A stretch of 64,000 nucleotides of DNA. It comes from an uncultured Acidobacterium sp. (GTDB taxonomy: Bacteria; Acidobacteriota; Vicinamibacteria; Vicinamibacterales; UBA2999). The notes below the pieces were generated by a model. That model saw nothing but the letters and a program-made list of their open reading frames with translations. It made no database searches and had not been told where the DNA came from. This document shows, in pieces, positions 38,824 through 45,864 of this stretch (its first letter is position 1; each line of letters starts with the position of its first letter). The translations under genes and the position numbers were made by a program. The stretch is from positions 215 to 64,214 of the forward strand of contig CAYGMD010000002.1 of assembly GCA_964350785.1 (NCBI GenBank), given 5' to 3'.

Positions 38824-39663
38824 GTGAGCGACCGCACCTATCAGGAAATCGAGGGCATTCGCTGCTACGCCCCAGCGCTCGCGCTGGACTGCGTCGACTA
38901 TCCGAGTTCCGGATTCGACGTCACCGCCGAGGTGGAGGCCCGGAGTTTCTGGTGCCGCACCCGCAATCGCGTGCTGACGCAGGTCTTCCGGCGGTTTACC
39001 GATCGCAACGCAACGCTGGACGTCCTTGAGGTCGGGTGTGGCATCGGTGGTGTGATCGCCGCATTGCGGAAGTTTCCCAATCTGCGGCTCACGGGCTCTG
39101 AGATATATCTGCAGGGCCTGCGATACGCTCGGACGAAGATGCCCGACGTGAACTTTATCCAGCTCGACGCAACCGACATTCCCTTTCAGGCTGCCTACGA
39201 CGTGATTGGAGCATTCGACGTGCTCGAGCACATTCCGGATGACGAGAAGGCGATGAGCGAGATCGCTCACGCGTTGCGCCCTGGTGGACTCTTCATTGTG
39301 ACCGTGCCGCAGTATCCATGGCTCTGGAGCACGCTCGACGAGTTAGTAAACCATAAACGCCGATACCGAAAGAAAGAGCTCGTTGAGAAGCTTGATCGGG
39401 CCGGTTTTAAGGTCATCTATTTGACGTCGTTCATCACTCTGCTACTTCCTGCCATGGTCCTGTCGCGGGTCTTCGATCGCGCTCAGCGCCGTTCGACCGA
39501 TCCAGCTGCAGACTTCACCTCACGCGTGGCGCCTGGGGCGTTGGTAAACACGATTTGCGACTGGCTCATGCGCGTGGATGAAGCCGTGCTCAAGGTCGGC
39601 CTGACCTTGCCTGTCGGTGGCTCACTCCTAGCCGTGGCGCGTCCCCACCAGTCCCAACGGTGA
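38824..39663 (+). CDS. Class I SAM-dependent methyltransferase (compositionally atypical)
   Basis: VLEVGCGIGGV, YDVIGAFDVLEHIPDD, GGLFIVTVP. GC is visibly lower than in the flanks. Confidence 0.8.
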   Translation: MSDRTYQEIEGIRCYAPALALDCVDYPSSGFDVTAEVEARSFWCRTRNRVLTQVFRRFTDRNATLDVLEVGCGIGGVIAALRKFPNLRLTGSEIYLQGLRYARTKMPDVNFIQLDATDIPFQAAYDVIGAFDVLEHIPDDEKAMSEIAHALRPGGLFIVTVPQYPWLWSTLDELVNHKRRYRKKELVEKLDRAGFKVIYLTSFITLLLPAMVLSRVFDRAQRRSTDPAADFTSRVAPGALVNTICDWLMRVDEAVLKVGLTLPVGGSLLAVARPHQSQR

Positions 39664-41660
39664 ATTCTTCGCCAAAGCCCGCCAAAGACCTTCCCGCTTC
39701 GTCGGGCCGTCGGACGCTCGCAATCGATCTTGCGATTGTGGCGTTCCTGCTGGTCGGCTCGGGGGTGTGGGCGACCACTTACTGGAACGCCTGGGTCGCT
39801 CGCGGCGGCACACCGGAATTCTACCAGTCATATTTCGAGCCGGCGGTGATGGTGGCGTGCGGCAAGGGATTCGTCGTGGCCCAGCCAGCCCCACCGGCTG
39901 CGCTTACGGCCTTTCTCCAGCGACACACCGACACCTTCTCTTGTAGCGACCTGCCTGAGGGCTTGGCGGTGGGCCAGTCCGGGATGTTCCAGGGCGCCTG
40001 GATCTATCTCGAGATGATGGTTGGCTGGGCGTGGTGGGTGCTCGGCATCTCGTGGAGCGGGATGGGGCCGCTGTTTGGCCTGCTGTTCGGAACCTCCATC
40101 GCCCTCGCGTACCGCATCTTCCGCCTTGGCATGGGGCGTCCCCTCGCGGTCATCGGTTCGCTCGCCGTGACAGTTTCGGCGGCGCACTTGATGAACCTGC
40201 CGAACCTTCGCGACTACGCGAAGGCCCCCTTTACGCTGGCGCTGATCCTGATTCTAGGACTGCTGGTCACACTGCCGACAGCGCGAAAGCGCGTGTTGTG
40301 GCTCTCGGCCTTGTTCGGCGCCGTGCTTGGCGTCGGCTACGGGTTCCGAACCGACTTCCTGGCGACCCTGCCAGTTCTGCCCATCACCTTGCTCCTCTTT
40401 CTCGAGGGCGGTGTGATGAAGCGGTGGGCGCTCAAGGCGGCTGCCACTGCGGTCTTCATTGCCACGTTCGTCATCGTGAGCTGGCCGGCCCTGACGGCCG
40501 TGTATACCAGGGGTGGCTGCCAGTGGCATGTCGCGATGCTCGGCCTGCAGGTCCCGTTCGACGCGCCGCTGCACATCGGCCAGGCGCCGTACGACTTCGG
40601 CTATGCGTATTCCGATGGCTACATCGCGTGGACCGTGCTGGGATACGCCCAGCGGACCCACCCAGACGTCGCAACGCTGGAGTTCTGCTCGCACGAGTAC
40701 GACATGCACAGCGGCGCCTTCCTGCGCGACGTGGCGACCACGTTCCCCGCGGACCTGATCGCCCGCGCATACGGATCCGTCATTCAGATCGCGGACTTGC
40801 CGTTCCTGTGGTGGGCGGCGCCGTCGCCCGGATGGGCGCCGTCCTTTTACGAGGCGCGGGCCGCGTTCCTGCGGCCGAAGATGGGGTCGGGCGCCGCTAT
40901 CGTCGCGGTTGCGCTGCTTCTGTCCGCCACGGTCAGCCTGCGGCTTGGGCTGTTCCTGTTGTTCTTCCTGGCGTATTTTGGGGGCTATCCCGCCATCCAG
41001 TTTCAAACCCGCCATCACTTCCACCTCGAGTTCATCACCTGGTGGGCTGCCGGCTTCGTCGTTCATTCAGTGGTGGCCGCGGCATGGGCTCTTCGGCGCG
41101 GTGGCATGCCGGAACGGCGAGTCATCCAGCAGGCTGTCGCGCGCTCGGCTGCGTTTGCAGCCATCGCTGCGGCGCTTGTGTTTGGGGGCCTCAACGCTGC
41201 TCGTTGGTATCAGCAAGGGCGCGCCACCGAGTTGTTACGCGCGTATCTCGATGCGCCGGCAACGCCGATTGCGTTGCCCGAAGCGACGCTGCCGGCCCAG
41301 TCAGGCCGGCAGTGGCCCGAGTTCATCCGGGTCGAGATCAACCAAGCCGAATGCGGGCCGGCGCCGTCGGTCACGTTTCGATACCGCACGACGCCGGCGG
41401 ATGGTGACCTCTCGCGGACATTTACTCTTACCGGCAACCCGACGGCGGGCCTGACGCGCGTGTTCCTGCCGGTGTTCGAGCTGTTCGATCGGCTGGAGTT
41501 CTCCGATTCTCGGCCGGGGTGCGTCGTGGGCGCCCACGCCGTCTCTGAACTGAATCGCTTTCCGTTGCTGCTGGGCGCGGTCTTGCCGCCGGGATGGGAG
41601 TCGCTGCCGCTCCATCAGCGGCTCAGGGACTGGGAAGCCACCACGCCGGTCGTGAAGTGA
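39660..41660 (+). CDS. Large polytopic membrane protein, unassigned family, paralogue P1 (666 aa)
   Basis: Multiple TM segments plus a C-terminal soluble domain. Shares FYQSYFEPAVMVACGKGF, SWSGM, LRDYAKAPF, GYGFRTD, GGCQWH, YPAIQFQTRHHFHLEF with the CDSs at 41675, 55154 and 63226. Confidence 0.7.
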   Translation: MNSSPKPAKDLPASSGRRTLAIDLAIVAFLLVGSGVWATTYWNAWVARGGTPEFYQSYFEPAVMVACGKGFVVAQPAPPAALTAFLQRHTDTFSCSDLPEGLAVGQSGMFQGAWIYLEMMVGWAWWVLGISWSGMGPLFGLLFGTSIALAYRIFRLGMGRPLAVIGSLAVTVSAAHLMNLPNLRDYAKAPFTLALILILGLLVTLPTARKRVLWLSALFGAVLGVGYGFRTDFLATLPVLPITLLLFLEGGVMKRWALKAAATAVFIATFVIVSWPALTAVYTRGGCQWHVAMLGLQVPFDAPLHIGQAPYDFGYAYSDGYIAWTVLGYAQRTHPDVATLEFCSHEYDMHSGAFLRDVATTFPADLIARAYGSVIQIADLPFLWWAAPSPGWAPSFYEARAAFLRPKMGSGAAIVAVALLLSATVSLRLGLFLLFFLAYFGGYPAIQFQTRHHFHLEFITWWAAGFVVHSVVAAAWALRRGGMPERRVIQQAVARSAAFAAIAAALVFGGLNAARWYQQGRATELLRAYLDAPATPIALPEATLPAQSGRQWPEFIRVEINQAECGPAPSVTFRYRTTPADGDLSRTFTLTGNPTAGLTRVFLPVFELFDRLEFSDSRPGCVVGAHAVSELNRFPLLLGAVLPPGWESLPLHQRLRDWEATTPVVK

Positions 41661-41674
41661 CAGCCGGACTTTTG

Positions 41675-43723
41675 ATGACCGTTGAGCAGGACGCCGCGGC
41701 CCGCCGTCTCAAACGCCGAGGCGTCGAGGCGGCGATCGTGATCGCGGTGTTGCTGGCGTCAGGCGTGTGGGCCACACAGTTCTGGAAGACCTGGACGTCG
41801 CAAGGCGGCCAGCCGGAGTTCTACCAGATCTATTTCGAGCCGGCTGTGATGATCGCGTGCGGCAAGGGGTTCGTGATATCGGAGCAACAGCCGCAGGCAC
41901 TCGAAGACTTCCTGTGGCGTCGGCGCGACAGCCTGGCCTGCAGCGAACTGCCGCCGGACCTCAAGCTCGGCGAGCGCGGCTTGTACCAGGAAGCGTGGAC
42001 ATACCTGCAGTACACCGTGGGATGGTCCTGGCGGGTTCTCGGCATTTCGTGGAGCGCGATGGCGCCGTTGTTCGGCGTCTTCTTCGCGACGGTCACCGGG
42101 CTCGCCTACGGCATCTTCCGCATTGGCATGGCACGGCCGCTGGCGGTGATCTGCTCCCTTGGCATGGTCACGTCGTCGCTCCAACTGCTCAACCTGCCGC
42201 ATCTTCGCGACTACTCCAAGGCGCCCTTCACACTGGCTCTGGTCCTGATTCTTGGGTGGATGGTTACCCGGCCGGTGCGCCGCTCAACGGTGTTGCTGCT
42301 GGCCGCGGCCTATGGCGCGGTGCTTGGGCTGGGCTATGGCTTCCGGACGGACTTGCTGATCAACCTGCCGGTGATGGCGATCGTGCTGTTCGGGTTCCTC
42401 GAAGGTGGCATTTCGAAGAACCTGGTGCTAAAAGCGGCGGCGACCGCATTGTTCGTAGGGGCCTTCGTCGCGGTGAGCTGGCCGATCACCTCCGCGGTCT
42501 ACAAGAAGGGCGGTTGCCAGTGGCACGTGGCGCTGCTTGGCCTGCAGTCACCGTTCGACGCGCGACTGCGACTGACGCCGGCGCCGTACGAGTACGGCTA
42601 CGCGTACGCCGACGGCTATGTCATACGCGGGGTGCAGGGCTTTGCGCACCGCATTGACCCGGCCGCCGTGATTCCGCAGTACTGCTCTCACGAGTACGAC
42701 GTGCAGAGCGGGCGCCTGTTGGCGTCGATCGTGTCGACGTTCCCCGGCGATTTCGTCACTCGGGCGTACGCGTCGACGCTCCAGATCGTGGAGCTGCCTT
42801 TCTCGAAATTGGTACCCGCGGCCAGAGACTGGGCGGCGGGAGTGTTCGCCGTGCGATCGACACTGTTGCAGGCACGCCACTCCTGGGGCGCGTTGCTCGC
42901 TGCGATGGCCGTTCTGCTGGCGGCGGCCGCCAGCTTCAGGCGAGGCCTGTTCCTCTTGTTCTTCCTCGCGTACTTTGGTGGCTATCCGGCAGTGCAGTTC
43001 CAGGAGCGGCACTTCTTTCATCTCGAGTTCATCGGATGGTGGGCGATCGGCTTTGTTGTGCAGCACGGTGTAGCCGGGGCGCGCGGCATCGTCAGCGGCC
43101 AACGCGAGGCGTGGCCGATGGTCCGGGGGTTGGCGGCGTGTGCCTTAGCCATCGCCGTGGTTTCGATCGCGGTGTTCGGCAGCCTGGTGGCAGTCGCGCG
43201 CTGGTATCAGGGCCGTCAGGTGCGTCAACTGCTCGCCGCGTACGTGGCCGCCCCCAAGACCCCCGTGGCCAATCCGTCCGAGCCCCTCGCTGGCATCGCG
43301 CCCGAGGACTGGCCGCAGTTTATCGAGGTGGGCCTCGATGAGGCGGCATGCGGTCCGCGGCCTTCTGTCACATTCACGTACGACCGTTCCAGTCCCGACA
43401 GTGACTTCACCCGCACGGTGACCATCGAACGCTCCTCAACTGTCGCCGGGCCGACGCGCGTCTTGCTTCCCGTGTATGAGCATTTCACCGGCGTCGCAAT
43501 TTCTGATTCGTTGCCGGGCTGCTTGATCGGTGTCTCGCGATTTACCGACCTCCCGGCTCAGCGGCTACTGCTGGGCGTCGTGCTGCCGCCGGATTGGGAA
43601 TCCCTGCCGATGTACCAGCGGTTGGCGCGATGGGAGGGCGGCTCGCCGCTCGCCTCGTCGGCGTCGCCGGTTGTGTCATTGTTGACGGTGATGCCGCCAT
43701 CGGCGGTTCAGTTGTCACGATGA
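41675..43723 (+). CDS. Large polytopic membrane protein, unassigned family, paralogue P2 (682 aa)
   Basis: Colinear with P1 along its whole length: FYQIYFEPAVMIACGKGF, SWSAM, LRDYSKAPF, GYGFRTD, GGCQWH, YPAVQFQERHFFHLEF. I prefer the ATG at 41675 to the ORF-track start at 41594. Confidence 0.7.
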   Translation: MTVEQDAAARRLKRRGVEAAIVIAVLLASGVWATQFWKTWTSQGGQPEFYQIYFEPAVMIACGKGFVISEQQPQALEDFLWRRRDSLACSELPPDLKLGERGLYQEAWTYLQYTVGWSWRVLGISWSAMAPLFGVFFATVTGLAYGIFRIGMARPLAVICSLGMVTSSLQLLNLPHLRDYSKAPFTLALVLILGWMVTRPVRRSTVLLLAAAYGAVLGLGYGFRTDLLINLPVMAIVLFGFLEGGISKNLVLKAAATALFVGAFVAVSWPITSAVYKKGGCQWHVALLGLQSPFDARLRLTPAPYEYGYAYADGYVIRGVQGFAHRIDPAAVIPQYCSHEYDVQSGRLLASIVSTFPGDFVTRAYASTLQIVELPFSKLVPAARDWAAGVFAVRSTLLQARHSWGALLAAMAVLLAAAASFRRGLFLLFFLAYFGGYPAVQFQERHFFHLEFIGWWAIGFVVQHGVAGARGIVSGQREAWPMVRGLAACALAIAVVSIAVFGSLVAVARWYQGRQVRQLLAAYVAAPKTPVANPSEPLAGIAPEDWPQFIEVGLDEAACGPRPSVTFTYDRSSPDSDFTRTVTIERSSTVAGPTRVLLPVYEHFTGVAISDSLPGCLIGVSRFTDLPAQRLLLGVVLPPDWESLPMYQRLARWEGGSPLASSASPVVSLLTVMPPSAVQLSR

Positions 43724-43745
43724 GTCCGTTGAAAGGAACCCGCGC

Positions 43746-44900
43746 GTGATCGATCCGAAGTCGCCCGTTGCCGTCCACCGCCGCGTCGAGGCGGCGGCCA
43801 AGCAGTACGGCCTTCGGCCCGGTGCCGAAGAGTTCCCGTTGATGGTCGTCATCTCGATCATCTACCCGTGCAACTTCGGCTGCCCGATGTGCCCGTATAC
43901 CGACGGCAACTCGGAACTGCGAAAGTTCTACCACGCCCACGACGGCGACCTGATGCCGGTCAAGCTGTGGGAGAAGATGGCCGACGAGTGCGGGCCGTAC
44001 GGCGCGTGGATGCGCTGCACCGGCGGCGGCGAGCCAATGCTCCACAAGCACATGGTGGAGATGGTCGAGTATGCCAAGGGCAAGGGCGCCCGCATCTGGA
44101 TGAACACCAACGGCAGCATGTTCGGTCCGCTGCCGGCGTTCCGCCACAAGCTCGAGCGCATCCTGAAGGCCGGCATCGACCTGGTCGAGTTCTCGATGGA
44201 TGCCGGCGATGCCGAGACCTACGCCAAGGTCCGTCCCCCGCATGGCGGCGCGCCGCGCGATCCGCAGAAGTGGTTCCACAACCACGTCGGCAACGTGCGC
44301 GCGGCGCTGGCCATGCGCAAGGAGTTCCGCACCACCAACCGCATCGTCGTGTCCATGATCCGGCAGGACATCATGGAAGGGAAGATGGAAGCGGCGGTGA
44401 AGTTCTGGATGGAAGACGTCGGCGTCGATGAAGTGATCACGCGGAAGTTCCTGTCGTGGGACGACAACACCACGATCCAGCTGGGACACGCGATGGACCC
44501 GCACCTCTACAAGCACATGCCGGGCGAGCGGAAAGAGCCGTGCGTGTGGCCGTTCGAGCGCCTCAACGTCGACACCCTCGGGCGGGTCGCGCTGTGCGGG
44601 CAGGACATCTCGTTCCGCACCGCGGATCTGTTCCCGAACGTGAACGATGCCAGCCTCAAGGAGATCTGGCAGGGCGAGCGGTTCAACTGGTATCGCCGCC
44701 TGCATCTCGAAGGCAAGGGCGCCGAAGCGTGGCCGTGCAACGGCTGCTCGGCGTGGCTGGCCGGCGTGCGCGACTGGGAGCACGGCTGGCTGAAGGTGCT
44801 CAAGACCTCGGGTGATCACGTCAAGGAAGTGATGAAGAAGGACCTGGGCGTGGACGTCGAGGTCTACCAGCCGCACCACGATTTGCCGCCAGCCAAGTAA
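43746..44900 (+). CDS. Radical SAM enzyme with a Cys-rich SPASM/twitch-like C-terminal region
   Basis: CNFGCPMC is a CX3CX2C cluster motif, and GGGEPML is present. C-terminal cysteines lie in CVWPF...ALCGQD...WPCNGCSAW. Confidence 0.85.
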   Translation: MIDPKSPVAVHRRVEAAAKQYGLRPGAEEFPLMVVISIIYPCNFGCPMCPYTDGNSELRKFYHAHDGDLMPVKLWEKMADECGPYGAWMRCTGGGEPMLHKHMVEMVEYAKGKGARIWMNTNGSMFGPLPAFRHKLERILKAGIDLVEFSMDAGDAETYAKVRPPHGGAPRDPQKWFHNHVGNVRAALAMRKEFRTTNRIVVSMIRQDIMEGKMEAAVKFWMEDVGVDEVITRKFLSWDDNTTIQLGHAMDPHLYKHMPGERKEPCVWPFERLNVDTLGRVALCGQDISFRTADLFPNVNDASLKEIWQGERFNWYRRLHLEGKGAEAWPCNGCSAWLAGVRDWEHGWLKVLKTSGDHVKEVMKKDLGVDVEVYQPHHDLPPAK

Positions 44901-44903
44901 CGG

Positions 44904-45851
44904 ATGTCAGCCAGTCGGGTCGTGGTGCTTGGGTTCGGGCGGCTGGCGCTCGCGGCCCTCGACACGCTCGAACGTCTTGGGGTCACGCCCGTCGCCGTCG
45001 TCGTGCCCGGCATCCGCAGTGGCGCCGATGTCGAGATGGTCGCCGCCCGGGCTCGCGAGAAGTCGCTGAAACTGCTCGTGCAGCCGCGCCGAAAGGACCT
45101 GGCGCCCTTTCTTGAAACCATCAAGGCCCTGAGCCCAGACTTGATGTTGGTGTGGTCGTACCCGATGTTGCTGCCGCCGGAATTGACGTCGCTTGCCGCC
45201 AACGGAGCCTTCAACATCCACAGCGGCAGGTTGCCCGAGTATCGAGGTGGCCACGTGATGATGTGGGCACTAATCAATGGCGAGAGCGAGAGCGCCGCCA
45301 CGCTGCATCGGGTCGATGCGGGGATCGATACCGGCCCGGTCGTGGCCGAAGAACGGTTTCCGATCGAATGGGACGACGACATCGCGTCGTTGCAGGGGAA
45401 GCTGGCGAAGGCCGGCACAGCGTTGCTGACCAAGTGGTGGCCCGCGCTCGCCGACGGGACTGCGCCGCAGGCACCGCAGGACGAGTCGCGCGCGCGGTAC
45501 TACCGGATGCGCACCCCAGCCGACGGGTTGATCGACTGGGCGCAGTCGAACGTCCAGATCTACAACCTGGTGCGGGCGCTGGTGGCACCGTGGCCAGGAG
45601 CATTCACCACCGTCGGGACTACGCGCTTGGTGCTGCGGCAAGTTGAACCCGTCACGGCAATGTCACCGGCGGCGCCCGGCACCGTCGTGCGATGCGACAC
45701 GCACGAAGTGAGAATTGCCGCCGGCCAGGGAGACGTGAAGATCGTTGCGAGCGAAATTGACGGTCGCCCTGCGGCGGCGGCGGACTTGGCGCGCGCCGGG
45801 CTGGCCATCGGGGCTCGACTTCCAGCCGGACCGCCGAAGGCGCTGGGTTAA
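44904..45851 (+). CDS. Formyltransferase (Fmt/ArnA-N-like; likely sugar N-formyltransferase)
   Basis: FNIHSGRLPEYRGGH (catalytic Asn and His) and VDAGIDTGPVV (catalytic Asp). A C-terminal Fmt-like domain is present. Confidence 0.85.
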   Translation: MSASRVVVLGFGRLALAALDTLERLGVTPVAVVVPGIRSGADVEMVAARAREKSLKLLVQPRRKDLAPFLETIKALSPDLMLVWSYPMLLPPELTSLAANGAFNIHSGRLPEYRGGHVMMWALINGESESAATLHRVDAGIDTGPVVAEERFPIEWDDDIASLQGKLAKAGTALLTKWWPALADGTAPQAPQDESRARYYRMRTPADGLIDWAQSNVQIYNLVRALVAPWPGAFTTVGTTRLVLRQVEPVTAMSPAAPGTVVRCDTHEVRIAAGQGDVKIVASEIDGRPAAAADLARAGLAIGARLPAGPPKALG

Positions 45852-45864
45852 GATACGCCCACAG

